This document shows positions 20,439-30,533 of a stretch of DNA of 64,000 nt, in pieces. Position 1 is the first letter of the stretch. Every line of letters begins with the position of its first letter. The translations under genes and the position numbers were made by a program. A model generated the notes under the pieces. It saw only the letters and a list, made by a program, of their open reading frames with translations. It did not search any database and was not told the DNA's origin. Source of the DNA: an uncultured Verrucomicrobiae bacterium (GTDB taxonomy: Bacteria; Verrucomicrobiota; Verrucomicrobiia; Chthoniobacterales; Chthoniobacteraceae); contig CAWHEP010000001.1 of NCBI GenBank assembly GCA_963828525.1, positions 32,001 through 96,000 on the forward strand, read 5' to 3'.

Positions 20439-20708
20439 TTAAGAGATGAAAAATTTGAGAAGTTCGGCCGCGGGGCGCGCGATTACATGGGAGGCGACGA
20501 GATTCCCGACGCGCTTGGAGGCTTCCTTGCCAGCCTCGACAGCCGCTTTGACGCTGCCGACGTCGCCTTGGACGATGGTGGTGACGAGACCGCCGCCGAT
20601 CGAGACATGTTTGATAAGTTGCACATTTGCGGCTTTGACCATGGCGTCACTGGCTTCCACCAGGCCCACGTAGCCGCGCGTTTCTATTAGTCCTATTGCT
20701 TCGCTCAT
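20439..20708 (-). CDS. BMC hexameric shell protein (BMC-H)
   Basis: AIGLIETRG..DAMVKAANV..GDVGSVKAA..HVIARP. Confidence 0.95.
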   Translation of the reverse strand: MSEAIGLIETRGYVGLVEASDAMVKAANVQLIKHVSIGGGLVTTIVQGDVGSVKAAVEAGKEASKRVGNLVASHVIARPAAELLKFFIS

Positions 20709-20741
20709 GTGTATATTTACGTTTTCTTGTTTGGGTTGAGA

Positions 20742-21419
20742 TCAGGTTTTAGTGAGTTCCACAGAGGTTGCCCGCGAGAGATCACAGGCGTTCGCTTCGT
20801 CCGTATCCATATGGACTTCGAGACGGAAGGAAGGGTCAACGCGAGCAATCAGATCATCGAATCGGGTCGAGCATCCAGCGGCAATGACCTTAAGGGTGAT
20901 GCGGTCCAGGTGCTTCACTCCGTAGAAGGCGGCGTCAGCGGGAGACATGTGGACATGGCGGGCCGCCCTGATGATGCCATTGCGCATCTCGAGCATCCCG
21001 GCTGGCCCCATGACGTACCCGCCAGGGGTGCCTTCAATATCTCCGGAAAGCCGAACGGGAACGTCAATACCGAGTTGAATGGCGTCCGTGAAGGCAAGTT
21101 CGATCTGGGTGAGGGGACGGCAGGGGCCGAGGATGCGCAGGTTGGGGATAATTCGACGGCGCGGGCCCACCAGTGTCACAGTCTGCTCGGAGGCGAACTG
21201 CCCTTCCTGGTAGAGCCACTTATGGACGGTGAGCTTCGAACCGGGCCCGAAAAGGATTTCAACATTTTCGGGGGATAGGTGCATGTGGCGGGCGGAACTG
21301 TTGGCAACAAGAACCGGGGCGATCTGCGCTGTTCCAGACTGTCCCAACTGACGCAACAGGGTTTCTCGAACGAGAGACTCGACAGTTGATCTGGAGGGGA
21401 CTGGGAAATTACTGCTCAC
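20742..21419 (-). CDS. pduL: Phosphate acyltransferase PduL with N-terminal encapsulation peptide
   Basis: SARHMHL, RILGP, ARHVHM, HMDTDEANA; N-terminal helix STVESLVRETLLRQL. Confidence 0.93.
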   Translation of the reverse strand: MSSNFPVPSRSTVESLVRETLLRQLGQSGTAQIAPVLVANSSARHMHLSPENVEILFGPGSKLTVHKWLYQEGQFASEQTVTLVGPRRRIIPNLRILGPCRPLTQIELAFTDAIQLGIDVPVRLSGDIEGTPGGYVMGPAGMLEMRNGIIRAARHVHMSPADAAFYGVKHLDRITLKVIAAGCSTRFDDLIARVDPSFRLEVHMDTDEANACDLSRATSVELTKT

Positions 21420-21448
21420 GGGCGGGGGAGTCTTTATGACTGATGTCG

Positions 21449-21476
21449 ATCATATAATTTTCGAGTCTGCTGTCAA
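21449..21476 (-). promoter_or_regulatory. Sigma70-type promoter of the microcompartment operon
   Basis: Minus strand TTGACA (21471-21476), 16-bp spacer, TATGAT (21449-21454), 30 bp upstream of pduL start. Confidence 0.65.
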
Positions 21477-21585
21477 ATGTATTTTTACAAGGGGGCGTTT
21501 TTTAAGGGTTGAGCAGATAAATCGGAAGCGGCAGGAACGACTCGAAGATGACAGGGTTGGCAGGCGGATGTATGATGGCGCCGAG

Positions 21586-22105
21586 ATGAAAAGAAAAACG
21601 CTGTTAGTTTTGATTGGTTTTGCAGGTGTCGCCGCGTTTGTGGGTTTGAGCGTCGCGCGAGCGCTTGAAGTCGGGGATGCTGCTCCAATGCTGAATGGTA
21701 CAGGATCAGGATGGGAAGGAACTCTCGTTCTCCGAGACTTACAAAAAGGGAGTTACGCTGGTGTATTTCTATCCAAAAGCCGATACGCCCGGTTGCACCG
21801 CGGAGGCGTGCAGTTTGCGCGATGATTACGAAATTTTGCGCGCCAAAGGGGTGAACGTCATAGGGGTCAGCGAGGATAAGGTGGCGTCACAGAAAAAGTT
21901 CGAGGAGAAGTACAAGCTGCCATTTCCGCTTGTGGCCGATGCGGATGGAGCTGTGGCAAAAGCGTTCGGTGTGCCCGCTTTGCTGGGGTTTGCCAAACGG
22001 CAGTCCTTTCTAATCAAGGATGGCAAGATCGCGTGGCGGGATTTAAATGCGTCCACGAAGAAGCAAGCGGCAGACGTTTTGAAGGCGTTCGATGGCTTGA
22101 AATGA
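21586..22105 (+). CDS. Exported peroxiredoxin (BCP/PrxQ-like); one-base frameshift near 21703
   Basis: Signal peptide + LEVGDAAP in one frame joins DQDGKEL..YFYPKADTPGCTAEAC in the next. Confidence 0.85.
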
Positions 22106-22133
22106 GGGGAGTTCAGGGGGTTGGGTAGCAAGA

Positions 22134-24383
22134 TCAGCGCGGGTGGTCGGAAAGGTTGCGCATATACTGCTCGACCATCTGGCCATACTCCTCAGGATAC
22201 TTTTCGGCCCGGGACTGCTGGATAACCTCGCGGTCACGCTCGGGTAGTCCGAGGTACTGCCCCGTGGGCGGGCCTTCGGGACGGTTCCCTCTCTGAAGCG
22301 CCCCGCCTTGATGGTCAGAGGCGGCGCCCGAGGAGGAAGAAGATGCCACGGTCGCGGGCTGCGAGCGCGCTGGCTGAGAAGCGCCTTCCTGGGCGGGGGC
22401 GGGAGCCCCGGTCGAGGGAGCGGCGCCTGCCTTGGAAGTCCGCGCGGCGGATGGTTGGATGCCCGCCTGGGCTTGTCCGAGCAAGGCCTGCGCGCGGGAA
22501 ATTGCCCTGCTCGCCTCAGTCGCATTTGCCATCCCGGAAGGCGAGGAATCGGTTGCCTGGTTTGCAGCGGAGGCAAGGGCCCTCCGCGCTTCACCCAGCA
22601 AACCCTGAACGTTAGCGGAGGGAGAACTGGCCTGCGCGGCTTGGACATCCGCTGCTGCATTGCTTAATTGTCTAGCGGCTGAAGAAGAATCCTTGGAGCC
22701 TCCCTTCATAGAGTTCGCGGCATTCGCGATGCGAGCCTGCGCGCGTTCCAAGGCATGAGCGGCTTCGGACAAATCAGAGGCCGGACCGTCAGTAGCCAGA
22801 CCGAGCGCCTTTTTGGCGTCCGCGGTATTCTGGGCGAGGGATTGTTCGGCTTTGTGCAGATCCTCAACGGCGCTCTGCTCCTTTCCATCCGCTGCGTCCG
22901 GTTTTGCTACTGCCAGCGCGTGGGAAGCGGCTCGCATGTCTCTGACAGCTTGAGCTACGGCCAGGACAGTGGCGGGCGCAGGCTGGTTGGTTCGCGCGAA
23001 CGCGCCCGCTTCCTTTATGATCTGCTGCTGCTCGGAGAGGAGCGTTCTGAGAGCGGAGGCCGAAGGGGACGCGCCTGCTTGAAGCGTTTGATTCTCAACG
23101 TTCTGTTCGGCATCCGCGAGTGCCGAAATCGCCGCTGCTATGCGGGGCGCGGCATCCAGGGCCTTCGCTGCCCGAGTCGCGGCGGCCAGTTCTTCCGCGA
23201 TAAGGTGGTTTGCGGCAGCCACATCATCGGCAGCGCCTTTCGCGAGTAAGGCGCGGGATTCGGGCACAAGCTGTGTTTCAGCTTCCTTCATTTTAGTGGC
23301 GGCTTCGCCGAGGGCTTTCGCGGCCTGCGGAACGACAGCGGCGGCGCGTTGCGAGAGCTCTTCCGCGCGCTTCCTCGCGGCTTCCTGTTCCCGCGCGGTC
23401 GAAGCCGGGTCGCCCGGAGTTTGCGTTGTGAGGGGGGCTTGTTGCGCGGCGAGAGCCTCTCCCTGCCGCTGCAAGTCGCGGAGTGTCGCGAGTCGATCTG
23501 CGGGGGCAGCCTCCATAGCCTGCGCGGCTGGTCTGACGGATGCCTCCGCTTTGGCGAGGTCACGCTGGAGGGCTGCTTGGGCGGCCTCCATTTGCGCGAG
23601 CGCGCCGGTTTCGGCAGCCATCGCCTTGGGGACATCCAGAATGGCATCTGGATTCAAGGCGCTTTGTTCCACCTGAATTCCCGGGGCAGCTGCTTTCAAT
23701 GCTTCGGAGGCCTCCGTGCCAGCGAGATCGCCGGCGAGTTGTTTGTTCCGTTCCGCTGTGTCCAGGACCTGCTTCCTGATCCCAGAGGCGGCCGCATTCC
23801 GACGCGAGTTCGCTTGCGGAGGCTGGGAGGTGACGCTCACCGGGGGTAGAGCGCTGGTATCAGCGATAATGGCTTTCTGCGCGTTTACCAAATCTTCCAC
23901 TTTCTGTTCGGCGCTTCTCATCTCCGCGACACGGTCAGCGGGTACGAGGTCAGATTGAAGCCGCGCGTGGTCGAACCGGGTGAGTATTTGTCGCATTGTT
24001 CCAACAATCGCCTTCTGATCAGACCATGCGGCAGCGAGAGCTTGCCGGGAGGCGGAGGGATCAGGCAATTCACGGCTCTTCTGAAGCAGATCAACGACTT
24101 CCCTCATCTCCTTTTCAGTCAGGTTAGCCATAAGGGAATGGAGATCCTTTACCATGCCGGCGTCGGCGCCGTTCAGCAGGCCGTTACGACTGTACTCTTC
24201 CACCATTGCGTCCCACTGCGAAGCGAGTTCGGCTGCCTGGCCGCGAATCAGGCGCTGCCGGACCTCGCCCTGTCTTAGGCTCTCCTGGCGATCCGCGTTT
24301 TTAACTGGATCGGCAATCGTGTGGCTTGCGGTAAAAAGGGAGCCGGCTGCCAGGAGCACCCTTAACATAGGAGACAGGGTCAT
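22134..24383 (-). CDS. Exported Ala/Gln-rich coiled-coil protein, last gene of the MoxR operon
   Basis: Signal peptide; long helical repeats; C-terminal LPERDR..YPEEY..VEQYMRNL; ATGA overlap. Confidence 0.7.
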   Translation of the reverse strand: MTLSPMLRVLLAAGSLFTASHTIADPVKNADRQESLRQGEVRQRLIRGQAAELASQWDAMVEEYSRNGLLNGADAGMVKDLHSLMANLTEKEMREVVDLLQKSRELPDPSASRQALAAAWSDQKAIVGTMRQILTRFDHARLQSDLVPADRVAEMRSAEQKVEDLVNAQKAIIADTSALPPVSVTSQPPQANSRRNAAASGIRKQVLDTAERNKQLAGDLAGTEASEALKAAAPGIQVEQSALNPDAILDVPKAMAAETGALAQMEAAQAALQRDLAKAEASVRPAAQAMEAAPADRLATLRDLQRQGEALAAQQAPLTTQTPGDPASTAREQEAARKRAEELSQRAAAVVPQAAKALGEAATKMKEAETQLVPESRALLAKGAADDVAAANHLIAEELAAATRAAKALDAAPRIAAAISALADAEQNVENQTLQAGASPSASALRTLLSEQQQIIKEAGAFARTNQPAPATVLAVAQAVRDMRAASHALAVAKPDAADGKEQSAVEDLHKAEQSLAQNTADAKKALGLATDGPASDLSEAAHALERAQARIANAANSMKGGSKDSSSAARQLSNAAADVQAAQASSPSANVQGLLGEARRALASAANQATDSSPSGMANATEASRAISRAQALLGQAQAGIQPSAARTSKAGAAPSTGAPAPAQEGASQPARSQPATVASSSSSGAASDHQGGALQRGNRPEGPPTGQYLGLPERDREVIQQSRAEKYPEEYGQMVEQYMRNLSDHPR

Positions 24384-26059
24384 GGCTTCCCGATCAAAAC
24401 GCCGATCTCTTTGTTCAATTTCTCCTGCATGCCCGCCGCTTCCTCCAGTTGACGGAATGACTGGCTCAAGCGCCCGGCGAGCTCCGCCTTTTTATCTTCG
24501 CCACTCACAATGCTTGCCCTGTAATGAGGAGTCGCGCTCACACCCGGGCCGGTGACATCGTTCCCGTCGAAGACTTCAATCCAGTATTCAAGGACAGCGC
24601 CTATTTGCGGTGGCGGCTGCAAGGATTGAATTTTCCAGTCGAAACTAGTCGAGAATTTTCTCGGGTTCTGCCCCGTAATGTCGAGGTAAACAGTTCTTCC
24701 TGTGGGAGAATCGACGCGGGAGTCTTCCTCGGGTTTGATGGCATAGCGCAGGGCCACTTTGTCGACTCCGAAATCGTCGGACGCTTCAAAAGCCACGCGA
24801 AGAGTTGCCTGAGGCGTGGCCAGCTCTTCGGGATTTTCTGGAGAGATCATTTTCACGACGGGCGGCATGTCCCGTACGATATCAAACCGATGAACAGCGG
24901 CATTCCGGGAGACTATGCCATGGAGATCCGTAAGACGAACGGAGAATCCGCGCGCATCTTGAGCAATGGGGATCGAGCCTGAAAGTCGGGTGGAGTTGTC
25001 CCGATCCACAGTCAAAGGAATATCGCTTCCCGCTCCTTCCATGTGAATGGAGCCAGCGCGAATAGGGCTGCCTGCCGTCACCCTCAACCCAAGATGACTG
25101 CCGGCAAGCAAAGTTAGATTCGTTAACGAAACAGGGACAGGAGCGAGGTGGGTGTAAGGAGGGTAAATCTCCTGACATTCGAGACCACTCACGATCGGCT
25201 GAGGAAGGACAGTGACGTGGATGGGAGAGGTGGCCGCGTCATTCACGTGAAGCGTATAGGAGAAGGACTCCTGGACATTCTCGATGATGTGGTGAAAACG
25301 CGCCGCATGCGAGGGTTCGGCATCCATCGGGAACTGAGAAGCGCGGCCTGAGTCGGAGATAACGTTTACGATGCCCGAATGAGGTATAACTCCCAAGACT
25401 GTCGCCTGGAGCGGCAAGTCATCGCCTGCTCCTAGAAACGCCGTCTTTGTGAAAGAAGTAAACCGGGTGGCGCGCGGCACGGGAACATTCATAAGAAAAG
25501 CGCGTTGCAGGAGAGCAAGGTTGCGTTCGAAGCTGGTGAGGAAGAAAACAGCGCAGAGGGCCAGCGCTCCTGCAAAGCAGGAAAGCATCCGCCGTGCGTC
25601 GCGCCCGTCCACGACGGTGGTGAAATCCAGCCGTGAGCTGAGAGCCGACGTTTCAGCGACCAACGCCTGGAACAAACCTGGGGCGTTGCGCGTGTCCCTG
25701 GAGCGGGCCAACTGGATGGCAGCGATGAAGCGCCCTTCAAAGCTGGGCAGAGCCCGTTCCACTCGCAGAGCTATCGCATCCTCCGTGAGGCGCGACTTGT
25801 CGGGACGAAAATACCATGCGGCGCCGGAGCAACTAACCGCAGCCAGAAGGAGAATGCCAAGACGCGAAAACCGCGAAAGGTCCCAAGCCAGGTCGCACGC
25901 CATGCCGATGCTCAACAACAGCAAGGCGTTGACCGAGACCGACATGAAGATCGTCACTGCGGAAAGCAGCAAGATTTTGCGTTTGATGGAACGAAGCCGG
26001 GTGTGGAGCGGCCCAGCGTCTGGCGGGTGGCTTGTGACCGTTTGTTCCTCGGCATTCAT
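24380..26059 (-). CDS. Membrane protein with Ig-like periplasmic domains (DUF4175-like)
   Basis: Three N-terminal TM segments; YPPYT, DMPPVV, ASDDFGV, EYWIEVFD; ATG at 26059 overlaps upstream stop. Confidence 0.7.
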   Translation of the reverse strand: MNAEEQTVTSHPPDAGPLHTRLRSIKRKILLLSAVTIFMSVSVNALLLLSIGMACDLAWDLSRFSRLGILLLAAVSCSGAAWYFRPDKSRLTEDAIALRVERALPSFEGRFIAAIQLARSRDTRNAPGLFQALVAETSALSSRLDFTTVVDGRDARRMLSCFAGALALCAVFFLTSFERNLALLQRAFLMNVPVPRATRFTSFTKTAFLGAGDDLPLQATVLGVIPHSGIVNVISDSGRASQFPMDAEPSHAARFHHIIENVQESFSYTLHVNDAATSPIHVTVLPQPIVSGLECQEIYPPYTHLAPVPVSLTNLTLLAGSHLGLRVTAGSPIRAGSIHMEGAGSDIPLTVDRDNSTRLSGSIPIAQDARGFSVRLTDLHGIVSRNAAVHRFDIVRDMPPVVKMISPENPEELATPQATLRVAFEASDDFGVDKVALRYAIKPEEDSRVDSPTGRTVYLDITGQNPRKFSTSFDWKIQSLQPPPQIGAVLEYWIEVFDGNDVTGPGVSATPHYRASIVSGEDKKAELAGRLSQSFRQLEEAAGMQEKLNKEIGVLIGKP

Positions 26060-28413
26060 TTCAGGTGCCACCGTTTCCGCAGGATCCACTCCGAGGAAAC
26101 CGTCAGGAGCAGCACGATGAAGTAGAAGGGGGTGGACCACAACTCGGTGTCTTCGCTGAAGCGGACGCCTCCTGCTTTCGAGTGAATACTCCCAAGAAGT
26201 TTCGGCAAGTCTTCCTCCCGGAAAAAGGCTCCCCCGCTAGCTTGGGCCATCGATCTCAACAATGGCTCGTTCATGGTGGTATCATCCAGTTCGACGCGAG
26301 GCGGGGTGACCGAAAAACCGACGCTCGTTGCTGGATCGTCCTTGATCGACAGGCGGTAGGAGCCGGGCGTCTCGGCGTCCAAGTCGCCTCTGAACATGCC
26401 GGGCTGTTCTGGAACGGGCCGCAACTGGACGCGTAAGGCGTGGCCTGCGTGCTCCACTGCGGAGGCGATAGTAAAGCTGCCGTCCACGGAAGGTTTTTCG
26501 ATCGGTTTGAAATGCTCGTCGAATAGCCGCGCGTAAACTGTCACATGCTCCCCCACAAGGTAGTTTTGCTTATCCACGGAGAGTTGCGTCCGCTTCGCGC
26601 CGCCGAGAAGATGGGCGAGAGCCATTCGTTGAGCCACCTGTCCCCAGAAGCGCGTGTAGAGGGACTCGCCCGCGTTTTTACGCCAACGCCAAGTGTCATC
26701 CGTGCCGACGTAGAGCACCTGACCGAGACCGTATTGCTGGATAACCAGCACGGGAGTGACGCCTTGCCGGAGGGAGAGGGTGGGGTCTACGCATTCCAGC
26801 AGGGTCTCGGCAGCGGGCTTTACGCGCCCTGCTGGAGCGATCCACTCCAATGGAGGAAGCTCTCCCCATCGGAGCGCGCTATCCTCTTCGCTGGACGAGA
26901 GGCGCAGCATCGCGTTTGTCCGTCCGAGGGATGTCAGCACTACCGGAAGGGAGCGGCTCTTCCCGCCGAATGGGGTCGCGCCGTCCAATGTGACGGGGAA
27001 GAGCTTCTCAAAAGGAGTGGCAGCGTAGCTCGATGGGTCGTAACGCTTTCCGGCGATAAACATGACGGAGCCGCCAAACCTTGAGACGAACTCCGCAAGC
27101 GTGTCCATCTGCGCTTGCGAGAAGGCTTTCGGATCGACGTCTCCTATGATGATAAGATCGTATCCCAAAAGAGCCTCCTTGGTGGACGGGATTGCGTCAA
27201 GGTAGGGAGAGTTCTCGACGTGAGCGATCTCTGGATCCCCTTCAAGCAACACGGATTTCAGATTCAACCGGCGATCCCGCAGAAGCACATTGCTCAGGAA
27301 TCGAAATTCCCACCGCGGCGCCTGTTCTACGAAGAGAACCTTGATTTTGCTATCGGTGACGCGAAGCCGCTCCGAGGCGAAATTGTTGTCGCGGGACGCT
27401 TCATCGTCGCGCGGCGGAATGGAGGCTTGCAGGGTGAACTCTCCCACGCTTTTGGGAGTGAAGCCGAGCGTGATGAGTTGATCGCCGCTCGTGAACTCGA
27501 TCTCTTTTTCTGCCACGACCGAATCCCCGCATTTGAGCGCGAGAGTGCTTTTCTGCCCCGGGTATCCCAGCCCTTTCACGTGAACATTCACCTGCAACTC
27601 GTCGCCGACGAAGGCGAGGTCTGGGACAACCATGTTGCTGACAATGACATCGCGTGGCGAGGTGATACCCACCCCGTATATGTAGAGAGGAACGTCTTGC
27701 GCGGCTGCGGCGCGCGCCGCTTCCATCGGGTCACTCCCGAAATTATTTCCCCCATCCGTCACTAAGAACACGCCGGCGAGCGGCTCCGCGCGTTTTTGAC
27801 CGAGCACATCAAGCAGGGAGTCTCCGATCGCAGTTTGAAGGCCGGAAGCGGACAGGCTATCAGGCCATAGGTGTTCAGGGTTAAGTCCAGCGGAGGCGGG
27901 GTCGAAACGCGCGGCGGACTTGTCGAAACCGAAACCAGCCAGATCGAACTCGCGCCGCAGACTGGCAAGAAGGTGAAGCGCCGGGGCTTTAAGAACAACC
28001 CGGGCCAGATCGACACGCGCGATGTTCGCGGCGTCCGCTGGAGCGGCATAGAGGGCCGAGCGCTTGAGATCGGTTCCGGCGCGAATATCGCGGATCGCCA
28101 TGCTCGCGCTCGCATCGAACAGCCCCGCGAACATGCGCCGCGTGTTTGCCTCCATGGTCAGGGTCAAAACAGGTCTGAGAAGGATGGCGAGCAGCAACCA
28201 GAGGAACGCGACGCGGAGCGTGATTAGCGCGCGCCGCTGGCTTGCGCTGAGAAGTTCGGCGCTATGGCGGTATGTCCACCACGTGAAGCCGAGAAGCGAG
28301 GCAGCGGCAAGAATGAGCCAGCCAAACGCGCCGGCGTTGCGCCAGTGTAGTTCAGCGGAGACCACCTCTTTGCCGACGCGCGTCCCAAATAGTGAGAAAA
28401 GAAACTGCCTCAT
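26056..28413 (-). CDS. Membrane protein with vWA and glutamine-amidotransferase-like domains
   Basis: MIDAS DASASM, TDGGNN; PRWEFRFL; GTDDTWRWR; C-terminal EWILRKR. Confidence 0.8.
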   Translation of the reverse strand: MRQFLFSLFGTRVGKEVVSAELHWRNAGAFGWLILAAASLLGFTWWTYRHSAELLSASQRRALITLRVAFLWLLLAILLRPVLTLTMEANTRRMFAGLFDASASMAIRDIRAGTDLKRSALYAAPADAANIARVDLARVVLKAPALHLLASLRREFDLAGFGFDKSAARFDPASAGLNPEHLWPDSLSASGLQTAIGDSLLDVLGQKRAEPLAGVFLVTDGGNNFGSDPMEAARAAAAQDVPLYIYGVGITSPRDVIVSNMVVPDLAFVGDELQVNVHVKGLGYPGQKSTLALKCGDSVVAEKEIEFTSGDQLITLGFTPKSVGEFTLQASIPPRDDEASRDNNFASERLRVTDSKIKVLFVEQAPRWEFRFLSNVLLRDRRLNLKSVLLEGDPEIAHVENSPYLDAIPSTKEALLGYDLIIIGDVDPKAFSQAQMDTLAEFVSRFGGSVMFIAGKRYDPSSYAATPFEKLFPVTLDGATPFGGKSRSLPVVLTSLGRTNAMLRLSSSEEDSALRWGELPPLEWIAPAGRVKPAAETLLECVDPTLSLRQGVTPVLVIQQYGLGQVLYVGTDDTWRWRKNAGESLYTRFWGQVAQRMALAHLLGGAKRTQLSVDKQNYLVGEHVTVYARLFDEHFKPIEKPSVDGSFTIASAVEHAGHALRVQLRPVPEQPGMFRGDLDAETPGSYRLSIKDDPATSVGFSVTPPRVELDDTTMNEPLLRSMAQASGGAFFREEDLPKLLGSIHSKAGGVRFSEDTELWSTPFYFIVLLLTVSSEWILRKRWHLK

Positions 28414-30533
28414 TTCGAACGGCTGCTCCTCGCCGCCACGAATGATTCGATACAGGCGACCGCCACTGCCAGAGATACAACGATGGCCCAGAACTCTCTC
28501 CCGCCTCGCTGAATGGTATCCCTAAGGAGGTCGCCATGGCCCGCGCGAACAACACGCGCTTCCGGGGCCAGTGTCGCCAGTCTGGCTTCTTCTTCAAGCC
28601 GGGATTCCTCCGGGTTTGCCTGGGTGGCAAAGCGAATCGGCGGCTCTCCCCGAATCAAGGCTTCATACGCGCCCGCCCGATCCGTGTCATCAAACTGCAG
28701 GAGGGGCGCGCCATTTTTCTCGCGTACCTTCCCGCGAAGGTGGCGAGGCGCCGGGCTCCCGGGGGCGAGAAAGTCAACGTCTTTACCAAGGTCCGCCGAG
28801 TCGCAGGGGAAAACGAAGTGCCCGCCAACCGGAATATTCAGAGAGGAACTCTGGCCAGCGAGGACGGCGCCAAGCATTCTCTGGATGAGCGGGACAAAAA
28901 CAGGACGCACGGGCAGATCGTTCCACTCCGTGTCGGCGGTGCTGCTAAACTCGATGATGCGGCCCCTGCCAAAGGCGCCTTCGACGACTGCGGGAGAGCC
29001 GTCGGAATAAGAGATGATGACCGATGGGGCTGCGCCACCCTGGGTGGCGGATGGCAGCAGGGCGAGCGCGCGACGAAAACGCGCGGTGGAGAGCGCGCCG
29101 GCGGCGGGATCGCGCCAGATGGAGACGATGGGATGCGCGTAGTCTCCCGCCTTCAACGTAAAGAAATCCTGACCCACCGCGCTTCTCAGTGGGCCGAAAC
29201 GCGCGGGAAGAAAATCGAGGCGGCTGTTGTAGTAACCAGTGTCCGTGAGATCACCTGGGAATAAGAACAGACCGCCTCCCTGCTCGACAAAATGGCGAAC
29301 CGACGCGCGGGCGTTCTCTGAAAGGCTGTCAACGTTTGCGAGCGCAACCACAGCGAATGAATTGAGATCAACGGACTCCAGATCGATCGGAGCGATGGTG
29401 CGCGTCTTGATGAAAAACCTGTCCAGGTCCGCCTCAGGTACCGGCGTCAACGCGTTCCGAAGGAAGAGCGTGCCGGACGCCGCGCCTGGTTCAGGTGGTT
29501 TGCCGTCGACCAGAAGAACATTAGCCTTATCGATGACGCGCAGGGCAATCGTGCGCTGGTCGTCTGCGGGAACGCGGTCGCGCGGGAGTCGGGCAGTCAC
29601 CGTGTGAAATCCTGGATCGTGAAACTTCGCGAAGAGTGTCAGGATTTTGGATGCCCCAGAAGGGATCGAGTCAAAAACTCCATCGTCGTCTGCGGCGCCT
29701 CCATCCGCGGCCAGGCTGACAGGAATGTTGCGCGCCTCCTCAGTGCCATAGTTCGTGACCTGGATGTCGAACCGAAGTGTTGCATCGACAGCAGCGAGCG
29801 CGCTCGCAATCTTGAGATCGCTGACGCCGAGATTGCGCGTCTCTTTTCCGCCGACTAGAACAATCGCCGTCTGCGCGTCGCTATTCGGCGCCTTCAGCAT
29901 CGCGCGGATTTCCGCCATATGCGACCAGCCCGCCGCCTGGCCATCAGTGATCAAGTAGATGGTTTTTCCCGCCCCTGCATGGTTGCGGAGCAGGTCCAGA
30001 GCTTCGGCAAAAAACGGCTGAAGGTCTGTGGACCGATCTGAAAGAGAGGCATTGCGAATCTTTGAACGGACAAGGTTTAAGTCTGTCGTGGGCTCGGGCG
30101 ATAGCGCCTGCGCTGCATCCGACACGAGAAAAAGGGAGGCGGCCGATTCTGGCGCGAGCAGGCTGGCGATCTCGTCGGCCGCCACGCGCGCCTGATCAAA
30201 CCGGGAAGAGACGCCATCGGTCTGGCTCATGCTCGCGGAGTTGTCTATCGCGATCACGGCGACTTCTCTGCCGCGACCGAGGATGGCGCTTCCCGCATTG
30301 AGAGCTGGGCGCGCGAGGGCTAAAGCGAGGAGGATCAACAAAGCGCATCGCAGCGAAAGCAGCAGCAAATCTTCCACGCGCAACTGGCGCCGGTTGCGTT
30401 CGATGCTGATGGCGAGGAACCGCATTGCGGCCCACCGGACGCGTTTCACCCTCCGCCGCATCAGCAGATGGATGAGGATGGGGATGGAAACCGATCCGAC
30501 CCCTCCCAGAAGAACGGTATTTAGAAACGTCAT
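28410..30533 (-). CDS. BatA-domain and vWA-domain membrane protein
   Basis: PILIHLL..RWAAMRFL..LALARP; DNSASM; TDGQ; WNDLP. Confidence 0.85.
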   Translation of the reverse strand: MTFLNTVLLGGVGSVSIPILIHLLMRRRVKRVRWAAMRFLAISIERNRRQLRVEDLLLLSLRCALLILLALALARPALNAGSAILGRGREVAVIAIDNSASMSQTDGVSSRFDQARVAADEIASLLAPESAASLFLVSDAAQALSPEPTTDLNLVRSKIRNASLSDRSTDLQPFFAEALDLLRNHAGAGKTIYLITDGQAAGWSHMAEIRAMLKAPNSDAQTAIVLVGGKETRNLGVSDLKIASALAAVDATLRFDIQVTNYGTEEARNIPVSLAADGGAADDDGVFDSIPSGASKILTLFAKFHDPGFHTVTARLPRDRVPADDQRTIALRVIDKANVLLVDGKPPEPGAASGTLFLRNALTPVPEADLDRFFIKTRTIAPIDLESVDLNSFAVVALANVDSLSENARASVRHFVEQGGGLFLFPGDLTDTGYYNSRLDFLPARFGPLRSAVGQDFFTLKAGDYAHPIVSIWRDPAAGALSTARFRRALALLPSATQGGAAPSVIISYSDGSPAVVEGAFGRGRIIEFSSTADTEWNDLPVRPVFVPLIQRMLGAVLAGQSSSLNIPVGGHFVFPCDSADLGKDVDFLAPGSPAPRHLRGKVREKNGAPLLQFDDTDRAGAYEALIRGEPPIRFATQANPEESRLEEEARLATLAPEARVVRAGHGDLLRDTIQRGGREFWAIVVSLAVAVACIESFVAARSSRSK

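Noticed and set aside
22134..26059. One large gene split by a sequencing error
   Set aside because: Clean ATGA overlap, and the downstream ORF has its own signal peptide
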